Positions 12,508 through 26,002 of a DNA stretch of 64,000 nt are shown in pieces. Each line of letters begins with the position of its first letter. The stretch's first letter is position 1. The notes under the pieces are model-generated. The model was not told the DNA's origin, did not search any database, and saw nothing but the letters and a program-made list of their open reading frames with translations. The position numbers and the translations under genes were made by a program. The DNA comes from Octopus vulgaris (Eukaryota), in assembly GCA_951406725.2 (NCBI GenBank), contig OX597823.1:39990001-40054000 (forward strand). The letters are read 5' to 3'.

Positions 12508-13239
12508 AATCTGAGAAAAACCAAAACATTTTCAGTTGAGAAAAAATTCTACCAGGATCAAATGGGGAACATACAGAACACTCGTTAGCTTGCTGTGTCC
12601 CCAAAACATGTAATGAGAGTGATAAAAATCAAACATCTAGTTAACATCATGGTGTTTGGAATGATCACAAGTGATGGCAATGTTATGCCTCCATTCATCT
12701 TCCCACACAGCCTCAGACTCAACATGGAGGCCTGCATCAAGTGCCTGGAGGATGTGGTGCTGCTCTGGGTCAAAAGAGTGGCTGTTGGAAGACCCTATGT
12801 TTGGCAACAGGACTCTGCACCATGCCACACAAGCAGAAGAACCCAGTCATGGCTGTCAATTTCTGCAACCATATCACCCCTAACATTTGGCCACCTAACT
12901 CCCCAGACTGCAACCCCATTGATTATTGTGTAGGGGCACAGTTGAGTGAGAGACCAACAAAACTCCTTGTAACTCCAAGATGAACTGAAGGCAAGGATTA
13001 TGGCAGCATTCACCAACTTAAACAAGGAGACCATCCAGAAGAGTTGCAGGAGATTCCGAAGTTGTCTGGAGGCCATAGTTGAAGCCAATGGCGATTTTAT
13101 TGAATAAATTTACTCTTTATTTATTCTTTGTATTTTAAGATATTTTATGTAATTTTGGTAAACACATTTGTTAAAATGAGATGTCAGTGTTATTTTCATT
13201 TTTGCATAATTTATATGACAATTTATTCATCGCAGCCTG
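12508..13239 (+). mobile_element. maT (DD37D) transposase relic, copy 2
   Basis: MVFGMITSDGNVMPPFIF...YVWQQDSAPCHT..., frameshift, WPPNSPDCNPIDY; 3' end ...cagcctg followed by TA. Confidence 0.9.
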
Positions 13240-13952
13240 TATATACGATGGGCTTCTTTCAGTTTCCGTCTACCTAATCCACTCACAAGGCCTTGGTGAG
13301 CCTGAGGCCATAGTAGAAGACACTTGCCCAAGATGCCACACAGTATGACTGAACCCGAAACAATGTGGTTGGGAAGCAAGCCTCTTACCACACAACCATA
13401 CCTGTGCCTATAGAGATAATACAAGGCTATGATAGACACAAATAGGCAAAGATTCACAGAGGTTATGACAAAAAGCTGAGACGACTGGCAATTTTCTGTG
13501 CTTGAGAAGGCCCATTCATCGCTACGAAAATGAGGCCCTCAAAGCATTTTTTATGCTTGTATGTGCTGGGCCCTGCTCTGTAAAATTCTGCATCAAGCAT
13601 TCCTACACATCTCATCCCCTTAATGCCCATCCCTCCATCACTCTTCTATCTAAGGCACTGGGCTGCTGTACTCAGCTGAGAGCAGAATCAGTACATGTCA
13701 CCCCCATCCCATTCTTTGCACTACCAATTACAGATTCAAATGAAAAAAACAAATAAATAAATAAATAAATGATGCCAGTGAGTCAGACAGGTGAGAATTA
13801 ATTTTTCGGAATCTGGCCAAATGATTTCACCAGAAACTTTTACCGAACATTTTTTGTTTCTATTTCTCTAAGTGGTTTACGATGACCTTCAAGGCTCATA
13901 CATGTGTAGTCAACTATATCAACCATATTTTACTTAATATATTAGTTTTTCC

Positions 13953-14249
<297 letters not shown>

Positions 14250-14947
14250 TAAATACATTCTGGCTGAAGTAAATGATTTCAAATATAAGTGAAAGGTAGT
14301 AAAAAGATGAAGGAATAATAAAAAATAATACAGTAAAACAGATTTATATTTTTGCAACACGTTTGCTATTTGTAATTAGAGTTCATTTGAATCATATTAA
14401 CATATGGGAGAACTTATTTGGATGTAAAGCTTTTAACATGAAATAGATCGAGTAACATATATTTTTGTAGAATCTAGTTTAAGTAGTCTGTTTTGGAACT
14501 ACCAAAAATAAGGTTAATACAGTCTTTTTGCTTTCTTTAGCAGAGGAATCTAATGAATAAAAAGATTAATGATTAATAAATAGAAAAAAAAAATTCAGTT
14601 AGGTGTTAATAATTATTTGTAATTTAGGCGCAGGGCCAACAATATTGAGGGTTGGTGGGGATTTGTTGATTACACGGACCCTAGTACTGCACCCTAGTAC
14701 TTTATTTTATCAATACCAGAGAGGTGAAAGGAACGTAAGTGGACTAGTGGCATTCAAGACCACAAGATCATGGTTTTAATTCTTGGACCAGGTGGTGTGT
14801 TGTGTTCTTGAGTAAGAAATTTCATTTCACGTTGCTCCAGTACACACGGCTGTAAAACGAATAATCCTGCAATGGACTGGCATCCTGTTCAAAGGTGATT
14901 ATGTTGTGATTTCAGTTACTGATACACTCTGGAACCTGGGTAACCAC

Positions 14948-15180
14948 CTATTTCTTTATTACCCACAAGGGGCTAAACATAGAGGGGACAAACAAGGACA
15001 GACATAGGTATTAAGTCGATTACATCGACCCCAGTGCGTAACTGGTACTTAATTTATCGACCCTGAAAGGATGAAAGGCAAAGTCGACCTCGGCGGAATT
15101 TGAACTCAGAATGTAGTGGCAGACAAAATACCGCTAAGCATTTCGTCCGGTGCGCTAACGTTTCTGCCAGCTCACCGCCT
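14948..15180 (-). mobile_element. SINE family A inserted into an old family C copy
   Basis: Full length; TSD gaacctgggtaaccacc on both sides. Confidence 0.9.
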
Positions 15181-15615
15181 AGAACCTGGGTAACCACCCC
15201 TATGTCCTAGGACTCAAGACAGTAATAATGTCCAGGAGTTGATGAGGATGATGAAGAGAGAGATAAATGACAAAGCTAACCCTGGTGAGATTTGAACTCA
15301 GAACATAAACAACTGGAACCAAAATTGCAATGCATTTTGTCTGATGCTTTAAAAGACTCTGCCAAATTATTGGTTTCATTTTGAAATGGTAATAATAGAA
15401 ATAGATAAGGTGGCAGAATTGTTAGCATGTTGGGCAAAATGCTTAGCGGCATTTCATCCCATCTTCATGTTATGAGTTCAAATGCCACTGAGGTTGATTT
15501 TGCCTTTCATCCTCTCAGGATCAATAAAATAAATATCAGTTGAGAACTAGGGTCAACATAATTGACTTACCTACTCCCTTGAAATTGCTGGCCTTCTTTA
15601 AAAATTTGAAACTAA

Positions 15616-15649
<34 letters not shown>

Positions 15650-15703
15650 AAGGGCTGCTTTCAGTTTCTGTCTACCAAATTTCGCTTATAATGTGTTGGT
15701 CAG

Positions 15704-15934
15704 AGGCGGCGAGCTGGCAGAAACGTTAGCACGCCGGGCGAAATGCTTAGCGGTATTTTGTCTGTCGTTACGTTCTGAGTTCAAATTCCGCCGAGGTTGA
15801 CTTTGCCTTTCATCCTCTCTGGGTTGATAAATAAAGTACCAGTTTCGCACTGGGTCGATGTAATCAACTTAATCCCTTTGTCTATCCTTGTTTGTCTCCT
15901 CTATATTTAGCCCCCTGTGGGCAGTAAAGAAATA
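15704..15934 (+). mobile_element. SINE family A inserted into an old family B copy
   Basis: Full length; 15-bp TSD ataatgtgttggtca. Confidence 0.92.
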
Positions 15935-15944
15935 TATAATGTGT

Positions 15945-16198
15945 TGGTCACCCTGCAACTATAGTAGAAAACAATAGACAGCTGACAGTGTTCAAGCAGC
16001 GGGATTGAACCCCTAACCACATGGCTCTAAAGTAAACATCTTAACCATGCAGCTATGCCCTGCACGCCTACTGGTCACCCTGCAACTATAGTAGAAAACA
16101 ATAGACAGCTGACAGTGTTCAGGCAGTGGGACTGAACCCCTAACCACATGGCTCTAAAGTAAACATCTTAACCATGCAGCTATGCCCTGCACGCCTAC
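15945..16198. repeat. Tandem duplication, 127-bp unit x2 (old SINE B head)
   Basis: 15945-16071 and 16072-16198 are nearly identical. Confidence 0.92.
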
Positions 16199-16610
16199 AT
16201 GACTGAAAAATCTTATTTGCTAGTTTGTTGTGGAGTTGTACATGATAGCACATAGGTTGGTGGAGAAAGAGAGAGAGAGAGAGAGGGAGAGAGAGAGAGA
16301 GATGAGGAGAGAGAGAGAGGGAGAGAGAGAGAGAGATGAGGAGAGAGAGAAAGGGAGAAGTAGGTCTTAATTTTCATATGTTAAGGAAAACAGCAAGCTG
16401 ATTACATCTGTAACCATTAGAGTGAATGTTAGGAAGGCCAGGACGGGGTGGGACATATTTTGTGTTAGATTGTTAAGTAGTACTAGGTGAATGAATATTT
16501 CTGTATGTGTTTGTTTATTTTGTAGTTGTTTATGTGAATCAAGGTTTTTGTTTTTTTATATTTTCATATGGCTCTGGGATGTAAATTTTCAAGCCTATCT
16601 AACAATTACT

Positions 16611-16680
<70 letters not shown>

Positions 16681-18127
16681 TGTGTGTTTGTGCACAACAT
16701 ACACACAGATACAGGTTATCTCTACTCGCCTTATCTCTTATTTATTTATATGATTCCTTTCTTCTTCTTCTCCCCTCTCACATAATGTGGTTGATTTACC
16801 AGTCTTCATTTTGGGGATCTGATGTTTAAATATTCGTAGAGCTCAGTGTATTTTGCCTACATTTAAATAAATTAGCCACCTAGGTCAGATTTCAGTATTT
16901 ACTATAATGTAATTTGACATGAGCCTGAGTTATTTCTCAGGATGAAAACCTATCCCACTGTTTTCCTTTATCCTTCTCTCTCTTCTTTTCACTCAAGTTT
17001 CTCACCTTCCTATCTCTGATCACAAGATATGAACATTTTTACATCATAGTCAAAGAAATCTATAAATGATAATATATATCTCAGATGTCTGGAAAGGGTA
17101 GGGCAGACGGTTTCCCTAGTAATGGTACCCTGATGAACACACCCAACCTTCTGTCATACTGTATGGTAATAAATAGAAAAGAATAAGCAGCTGTAAAAAT
17201 CTTAGCAAAACCCTCTGTGCAATGCAGCAGACTCTGAACTAACGGCTCTGTTAGTTAATAAAGCTAGCACATGTTCTGTTTCTCTGTTGTGTATAATAGG
17301 AGTGGTGTGTACACTCCCTGACTGTCTATTTTTGTTTTATTTTATGGCTTGTGTTTCTTTCTCAGGTATATTGTTTGCTATGTTGAGATTAATTAAGTCC
17401 AATAAGAGGTAAAGATAAGGAGGAAGTATTAGAAATATTAGAAGATAGGTGGTGATGAATGCCGCATGCAGGAACTATGATGGAGAGGTGCATCAGCAAT
17501 TATAACAACAGGAAACATGAGTAAAAGGTTTAGGGAAAGGTAGGTGGATTACTCTGGTACCAGGAGGGTGGGGTGCGTAGGTGTACTATTTGTAGGAGAG
17601 GTAGATAAGAGGTGGGTAGTGTTGGGTGTGATAATTATAAGTGTTAAGCTAAGTTGATAGAGAAAGTAACCGTGAATGTAATGTTGTAAAGATACCCTAC
17701 AAAGACAATTACCAAGCTAGCAAAATATCTATTTTCATGAAGCCCCAAAGAGAATTTCATCAAACATAGCTGAGAGAGAACATTTTTAACAAGTGATGTC
17801 GGGAAATATCAACATGGATTACATTGGCTAAAAGCCATCAGACAAAGATATGGGGATAAATAGGTACAACTGTTGGTTCTTAACCAAGAGAATATCAGAG
17901 GAATATAGAAGAAATATAAGATATAAAATCTGTGGTGATGTACAGTCATTTTTGTCATGTCCTTTGTACATTAGGACAAGAAAAGACCTTTATGCTACAA
18001 GTTATCTCAAGAGAAGAAATTCTCCTTACAAATAATATGGGTGTAAACAGACCACTATGCCATGATTGATATCGCCAGACTGTAGGACAGATGCTTTTTT
18101 ACATTAATACACTTCATCAGCTATACT

Positions 18128-18370
18128 ATTTTACTCTTTTATTTGTTTCAGTTATTTGACTGTGACCATGCTGGAGCACCGCCTATAGTCATGCAAATCG
18201 ACCCCAGGACTTATTCTTTGTAGTACTTAAGCCTAGTACTTATTCTATCAGTCTCAAGATTTTGCTGAACCGCTAAGAATAAATCAAATTACGGGGACGT
18301 AAACACACCACTATCGGTTGTCAAGTGATGTTGGGGGTACAAACAGAGACACACAAAATATACACACATA

Positions 18371-18411
<41 letters not shown>

Positions 18412-18569
18412 TACGATGGGCTTCTTTCAGTTTCCCTCTACCAAATCCACTCACAAGGCTTTGGTCGGCCCGAGGCTATAGTAGAAGACACTTGCCCAAG
18501 GTGCCATGCAGTGGGACTGAACCCGGAACCATGTGGTTCGTAAGCAAGCTACTTACCACACAGCCACTC
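18128..18569 (-). mobile_element. SINE family B, near full length
   Basis: Reverse complement of the 43489-43890 copy. Confidence 0.9.
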
Positions 18570-18967
18570 ATACTAAGACATTGTTCATGGCCACTAAGAG
18601 CTGGCTGCTCTCATATTAGAATAGCAAATTGTACATTTGCTGAAGTACAAAATGCTTTGTCAAGCTCTTAAACTAAAAACTGATCTGACCACTTCTCATG
18701 TCTTTCTTGTTTTCCCTCTCTGCTAACACTGACAACTTATACCATAGTTTTCACCCAGTGGGAGTCATTCCCAAGTCCATTATCAGTGCAAACCTGCATC
18801 TTGTATATATTAGGTGATGCTTTTTATCGCTCAGCCATAATCTCACTTCTCTCCACTACATAACTAGACACACGTACACACACTAATGCATATTTATGTA
18901 TACATTCACACATAAATTTATACACATACACTAAAAGTTTGTATATAGATGTATGCATATCTATCTA

Positions 18968-19323
<356 letters not shown>

Positions 19324-19324
19324 C

Positions 19325-19454
19325 ATATATACATAATGTGTTTGTATGTATGTAGCCAGATGCAATACACATAGATATACTTTCCAGTTAGAAGTAAATT
19401 ATACATACCTCTTAAATTTCCATTTATCTTCCTTCCTCCCATTTCTCAATAGCA
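19325..19454. repeat. 130-bp direct duplication (second copy 20560-20689)
   Basis: Identical by eye: atatatacataatgtgtttg...cccatttctcaatagca. Confidence 0.92.
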
Positions 19455-19837
19455 AGGCACCTGTTCTTGTCCCTCTGTCATATCTCAGGTGTTCAACACC
19501 TGGCATAAAGTAATCTACCTTCTCTCAAATATTTTTCCTGTCTTATAAGGTATTTGGTGACCTCACTAGTTAGTGTGGCATGGAAAAAAGCACGTTGTAA
19601 AGTGGTTGGCATTAGGAAGCACACCCAGCCATAGAAACCACACCAAAGCTGACATTGGGGCACAAAACAGTTCAGATGAAATTCCCTGAAATAGATTTTG
19701 TGCAACTAGAAATTCTTATAGCAGTGACAGAAATGACAGAGATAGGAGACAGCTTGCTTATGCACTTGTCTGGAGTGTGTCAGTGATAGGATAGAGTATC
19801 AATGAGTTGCATCACAGTCCATTTTATTGTTCTTCTG

Positions 19838-20282
19838 GGATCGTTTCGGTTTGAACGGCAGTTTTTTCTAGCGGTCATCATCATCATCATCATTTAACGT
19901 CTATTTTCTGTGCCAGCACAGGTTGTCACCCATAATTATGACCCTAGTATCGATCTATTGCATTTCAATCTGTTTTAGGGTTAGGGTTAGGGGTGGGGGG
20001 AAGGGTATCTTTTTTTCTTCACAAATGTAAATAAACCCAATCTGTTTCTTAAAGGAGGGACATATTCATACGGCATAGAATGTTTTCACTTCAATAGACA
20101 TCATTGATTGGTTGAAATTGCAGAAAAAAACCCAACAAATATCTTACAAACTATAGAATTTTCTCAATAAAGCCAAGAGAAAAAGATGTTTTATAAACAC
20201 ATTCTACCAGTATACGAAGTTTAAAAGTGTTTAGTTACGTGGAAATTATTTTTAAAAACTGCTGATCAAACTGAAAAGATCC
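19838..20282. mobile_element. MITE with GG-starting TIRs and 8-bp TSD (Merlin-like), internal TTAGGG repeats
   Basis: TIR ggatcgtttcggtttgaacggcagtttt / aaaactgctgatcaaactgaaaagatcc; TSD ttcttctg. Confidence 0.85.
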
Positions 20283-20518
20283 TTCTTCTGTGCTTAACAG
20301 CAGCACTAACCTAGATGTGGGAGCAATACTCCACTGCTGGCTTCACATAAGCCACACAAAGTAACAGCAACTGTTGAAGGCAAAAATATCCTTTGGTCCT
20401 AGCTGTGTTAAGGGTGTGCTTTCACCAGGACAGATTCTGTGATAGTGAGACTCAGTAATTGGAGTGACTGTGAGGGTTTTAGCTGAGTGTTGCTGCTGTT
20501 TAGAGAGGTGAGGTAGTG

Positions 20519-20570
<52 letters not shown>

Positions 20571-20689
20571 ATGTGTTTGTATGTATGTAGCCAGATGCAA
20601 TACACATAGATATACTTTCCAGTTAGAAGTAAATTATACATACCTCTTAAATTTCCATTTATCTTCCTTCCTCCCATTTCTCAATAGCA

Positions 20690-21315
20690 GGCAAAGCTCC
20701 TTGGTAGCACTGCTAGGCTAGAGATTTTTGAAAATCATCCATTGGTTCTGGGTCGAAAGCTCTCCGGAAGAGTGGCTAATTAATCTTTGACACCCGAAGT
20801 CTCACCAAGAAATATGTGTCTGGTGAACGGTGACCACAGCACGCTCAGGCTACCATGCAGCTGGTGTTGACAGCAGATAGACCGCCTGACCATTGGTCAC
20901 CCTGCTCATTACCTCGTCTCAGTTTTTGTCCATCTATAGGTCCAGACTGAACTAGACCCCGAACAATTTAACCAGTCCGTCCATCCAGTGCCCAACGATG
21001 CAGCTGAACAGCATGGACTTGCTTCTCCAGGTGCTGAACCAAAAGTCCACTGATTTTTCCTGGTTAATTTTCGCTCCTGAAACTGCCTTGTAGTCCCTAA
21101 GAGCAGTGCTGATCATTTCTATGTGTTTATGATCTGACACCACAAAGGTGATGTCATCGGTATATGCCGACACACATCTCCCACGTCCTAGGTCATGCGG
21201 GATGCCTCTCAATGCCTCCAGTTTATGTAGTAGTGGCTTGAGAGTCAGTACATACAAGAGAGACAAGAGGGGGGGGCAACCTTGCCGAACCGAATGCATG
21301 ATGTAGAATGGCTCT
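20690..21315 (-). mobile_element. L1/Tx1-clade LINE reverse transcriptase relic
   Basis: ORF 20952-21299: SVRQGCP.LSLLYVL.L.PLL, AYTDD (YADD box), SGAKINQEKS. Confidence 0.85.
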
Positions 21316-22062
21316 AATAATGATAATAATAATCCTTTCTACTATAGGCACAAGGCCTGCAATTTGGGGGAGGGGGATAGTCAGTTTCGATTGATCCAGT
21401 GCGCAACTTGTACTTATTTCGATGACCTCAAAAGGACAAAAGGCAAAGTTGACCTCAGTGACATTTGAGCTCTAAACAAGAAGATGGACAGGACATCGTT
21501 AAGCATTTCGCCTGGATTGCTAACGATTCTGTCAACTTGTCGCCATTGCCAGCAATATAAACCCTTCAAGGCAGTGCACCAGTATTGCTACAGTTCAATG
21601 ACTGAAACGTGTAAAAGTTAAAGATTCCTGTGGTATGTAGGAGCAACTGGACAAGTTAAAGGATATATATATATGTGTATATATATATATATATGTATAT
21701 ATAGAGAGAAAGAAAGAGAGAGAGAGGGGGGATAGAGATAAGACTAATGAACCCAAACAAATAAAAACGAGATAAGCAAATAACATACATCTCCACAGAG
21801 ACAAGTGAAAGATAAATGGACAGAAAGTCAAATAAGGCAGAGACTAAAGTATGTAGACAAATAATTAAACAGGAAGAAAAATTTACAAAATAAAGTAAAA
21901 ACAGAATAAAGACAGGTATACAGAAAGAAAAATAAAAGAAAGTCAAGCAGAAAGTTAAAAATAAAATCGACAGAAACCAAGAGCGAGAGGAGAGAGAGAG
22001 GGAGAGATTAAAATGGCAGCAGAGAGAACAATAAAACGGACATTTTTGGACAGAGAACAAAC

Positions 22063-22167
22063 CTCGTGGAATTTCGACCACCAGACGATGAAATAATACA
22101 AAAGAAGAACAAAAAATGTTTTGGCTGAGAAATATTGGAAAAGCGATTTTACTGGGTATCTCTTCAT
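22063..22167 (-). CDS. Candidate first coding exon of an unidentified secreted or type II membrane protein (MKRYPVKSLFQYFSAKTFFVLLLYYFIVWWSKFHE)
   Basis: CAAAATG start context; basic N-region plus hydrophobic core; phase-0 donor GAG|GTTTGT followed by T-rich intron-like sequence; possible acceptor tgtag| at 22216; lies at the CpG-depletion boundary. Confidence 0.45.
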
Positions 22168-22720
22168 TTTGTAGCCAAGAAAGTGAAAAACTGATCAGAA
22201 TCGCCGTTTGATATTTCTACAGCAGACACGGCTTTCTTTTATGTTGCTTTTAGTTATGTTGCTGGGGAGAAGCAGACGTCATTTGTTTATGTGTGAGAGT
22301 GTGTACGCACCCAGTTGTTTAGAGTGTGCGTGTGGGAGGTGTTTGAATAAACGTTTGAGTAAAAGTGAGGTATTTGTGAGTACATGTGTGTTTGAGTATG
22401 CGCGTGGCGTTGTAATTGAGAAAACGCGTGTCTATATGTATATGTGTGTGTAATTATGTCAGGTTACACATTTGCTTGGGTACGCGCATACGTCACTGTG
22501 TGTGTGTTTAAAATGCGTGTATGGTATTGTGTTTGAATATACATGTATATGCGTTTGTGTGTATTTGAGTGTGTATATATGAGTGCGAGCGTACGTTTGC
22601 TAAAAGAAACAGATGATCTTTATATTGGCTGTATATATACGTTCGTAAATCAGAACGTATGTATGAACGTACGTACGTATGTTGGTATGTGCGTACGTAT
22701 GTATATATGTAATATATATA

Positions 22721-22962
22721 AAAATATATTTGCCTTTCTGTACGCGTTTGTTCAGCCGAAGGTCCCGCAACTTCCAAACGAACATTAGTGAACAAATATA
22801 AATTCAAAATTCAAATAAGTTATCATTATCCTTTAAAAAACAATGATAAAGTGGCTTAGCAAACATATCCATTTTGAATTTATATTTGCTCACTAATGTT
22901 CGTTTAGAAGTCGAGGGGCCTTCAGCTGAAAAAAACGCGCACGGAAAGATAAATATATTTTT
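22721..22962. repeat. Imperfect fold-back (arms ~22721-22810 and 22871-22962)
   Basis: aaacgaacattagtgaacaaatataaattcaaaat / attttgaatttatatttgctcactaatgttcgttt; no convincing ribozyme core. Confidence 0.8.
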
Positions 22963-23113
22963 AAAGATAGTTTAAGCAGTAAGTGTAGCTGATGAACAGA
23001 AAGCGAAATTGAATTGATACGGGAATATCTACTCTCCTGTTTGTAGATTTACAAAAAAAGGAAAAAGACAGTTTTTCTAAATGTATTTACTACATTCTTA
23101 GTGTATGTAGTAT

Positions 23114-23499
23114 AGGGAAGCACTCCGTCAGTTACGACGATGAGGGTTCCGGTTGATCCGAATCAACGGAACAGCCTGCTCGTGAAATTAACGTGTAAGT
23201 GGCTGAGCACTCCACAGACACGTGTACCCTTAACGTAGTTCTCGGGGATATTCAGCGTGACACAGAGTGTGACAAGGCTGGCCCTTTGAAATACAGGTAC
23301 AACAGAAACAGGAAGTAAGAGTGAGAGAAAGTTGTGGTGAAAGAGTACAGCAGGGATCACCACCATCCCCTGCCGGAGCCTCGTGAAGCTTTAGGTGTTT
23401 TCGCTCAATAAACACTCACAACGCCCGGTCTGGGAATCGAAACCGCGATCCTATGACCGCGAGTCCGCTGCCCTAACCACTGGGCCATTGCGCCTCCAC
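23114..23499 (-). mobile_element. tRNA-derived SINE family C (long-tail variant), young
   Basis: Head gtggaggcgcaatggcccagtggttaggg, B box ggtttcgattccc; tail partly repeated at ~60995-61125. Confidence 0.88.
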
Positions 23500-23860
23500 A
23501 CCTCTTCGCACTAATCGGTGTAACAAATCCTTCTTTCTCAGAGCATCGATGCTCTGGAATCTCTTCTCCGCTTTTGCAAATGTTGACTGACTTGCATCTT
23601 CTTAATCTTCTTGACAATCTCGCTGGTCTTGGAGGGTCTGCAAAAGTCACTGACTATGGCCCCTTCCTCCAGAATAAATAAATAAAACAACTTTGATAAA
23701 GTCAAGCTGTGGGTGCGTTGAATAAAAGGAATTATAAAGTAGCCATCTTTAGCTCCAGAATGACTTTAGGTAAAAGATTATAAATATCATAAAAACCTGT
23801 TGGATATTTTGTAGAGTACCTAATGAATTTGTTGAAAAAAAGTACAAACCTCAAGAGTAT

Positions 23861-24631
23861 GGCATACGTACACAAATGTGTCCCCCCCCCCACCTACTGT
23901 GTTTCCTTATAACTTCTAGAAAAAAAAAAGAATTTTTTTAATGTAATTTTCTACAAATACGTATCAGATTCCGATTATATTAGAATTTGTGAAAAAAATA
24001 CAAAAAATTATTCCGATAGTTGGGAGAGGAATTTCGGAAAATTCAAACGAGTCAGCTTTGTTTCCGCGTAACTTTCAGCAAAATGGGTATTTTTTAATGA
24101 AATTTTCAGTAAATACCTTTCAGAGTGTGTAGATCAGGATTATTTCGGAATTTATATGAAAAATAACACCCCACCCTTCACCAATAAATAAATAAATAAA
24201 TGATAATAAAAAAAAATTAAAAAATTGTGGGCTCGCACACATACGCATTGACATGTCACATTTTTTTCCCCGAAATTTCAAGTTTCATTTATAGATTACG
24301 TGATATATGGCCAGCCAACCATTTTTCTTTTTATTGTTTTCTTTTCGCAATAAATTCCAATATAATCTTAAATTTGTGCCTTCTAATGAGGTATTTATGG
24401 AAAATTTTACAAAAATTCTCATTTTGTTGAAAGTTGCGAGAAAACAAAGCTGACTCGTGTGAATTTTCCGGAACATTCTCCGCACGCTCGGAAAATTTTT
24501 TTACAACTTCCGATATAATCGGAATTTACACTATCTGAAGCGTATTTGTAAACAATTTCAATAAAATTTTTTTTTTTTTTCTGGAAGTTATGAGGAAACA
24601 AAGTCAGAAGGTAAACTTGTGTAGGTATGTC
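23861..24631. mobile_element. Old MITE with long imperfect inverted arms (Merlin-like ends)
   Basis: Ends ggcatacgtacacaa / ttgtgtaggtatgtc; internal arms (cgagtcagctttgttt / aaacaaagctgactcg); degenerate 8-bp TSD aagagtat/aagaatgt. Confidence 0.7.
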
Positions 24632-25644
24632 AAGAATGTTTTTATTTAGTTTTAAGAGAAAACAGGAAATGGCTTTTCATTTCGTTTACCTAAAAGGAAA
24701 ACTATCTAAAAATCGTGTTGACGAGAAAATCTCTACGTGGTTACCCGATCTGCTAGAAAGAACAACTAAACCTTCCTTAAATCATCATCCAAACATCTTT
24801 AAAAAAAATAAGAAACACAGTGGACAATTTAACCCCTGACATACAAAAAGGTGAGATAGTTACGGACAGGTGGAATGTTTTTGAACGTAGGACCGACTTG
24901 GGGTTAAGCAATTACAAAATAACTTCTGAAGAAATATCAATGCTTTTGTTTGTTAATATTTTCTAATTTCCTTCATCGTACATTATAGTCGCTAATATAT
25001 TATAGTTATATTAATCCATACAATTAATGATGCTTTTAGTACTACAGTGTTATCTGGTGATTATGCGAACGCTCTGGTTGTATATTAGCTGGACGAAATA
25101 ATTATTTCCGATAGATAACGACATATTAAACTTCGCCGATTTCCTCTCATATTACGAAGGAGCTAGTCTGCGATAAATCACTCTATTTTGGTTAATCAAC
25201 AGTTCCTTGCTTTAAAACTGTGTGGCCTTTTATCTACAGTAGGAATCTTTAATAAACGTATTGAAAATCTAATATATCACACGGAACGCATAAAGCCACA
25301 GCAATATAATAGAAGGAAGAAAAAGAAAACAAAACAAAAGCCGCCATATTGATTGGGCGAAATTATGATAATCGTCATTATAGCCAGAATCGGCCAGTCA
25401 ACAAGTTACGGGTACTAAAATTTTCAAAAATAATTTTTAAATTATGTGACTACGATTGAATAGATCCAAATATGGGTGTGTCATACAAATTCTGAATAGG
25501 TTAGGCAGAGTTTTTTAATCTAAAAATCTCAAAAACTTTACAACATGTAGTGTAGGCGAGGTCACTCTCAGAACAAAAGAGGATACAGGATAGAGCGGGG
25601 AAAGACCTCTGTTTATAACCCACCCATAAAATTTTTAAAACAAA

Positions 25645-26002
25645 CTAGCACAGTGCTAGTGCATGCATATACAGCTGCGTGCGTGCGCACATACACGCGA
25701 GTACTGTCCAAATCTCCGACCAATCACATACAGCTAGCTGGCATTCGATTGGCGTATCACGTTTCGGGCATTTTGATTGGGTTTTGGATAGAAAATTCAC
25801 AAAAAAGTCACTTCTATTGATTTTTTTAATGGCTTTGCGGGGTGACTGGGGAAATGTAAAGATGTGCACGACCACCCTGTGCACGACCACCCTTGGACGG
25901 TTTTCAATGACCATAGAAAGTGCGAGCCCTCTAACTGAAAAATTGTGGATTTGTATAAAGGACACACACAGACAGACATTTTGCCGTTTATATATAGAGA
26001 GA
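25645..26002 (-). mobile_element. Non-autonomous Helitron-like element
   Basis: 5'-TC end (tctctctatatataaacggca) shared with 36309-36689; 3' CTAG; A|T target. Confidence 0.65.

Noticed and set aside
18075-18125. Minus-strand CUGAUGA with 3-bp stem I, plus possible GIY-YIG remnants at ~17780-17870
   Set aside because: GAAA is missing and the peptide similarity is spread over three frames; too degraded to call.
19975-20005. TTAGGG repeats as a telomere remnant
   Set aside because: Internal part of a MITE present twice in the window.
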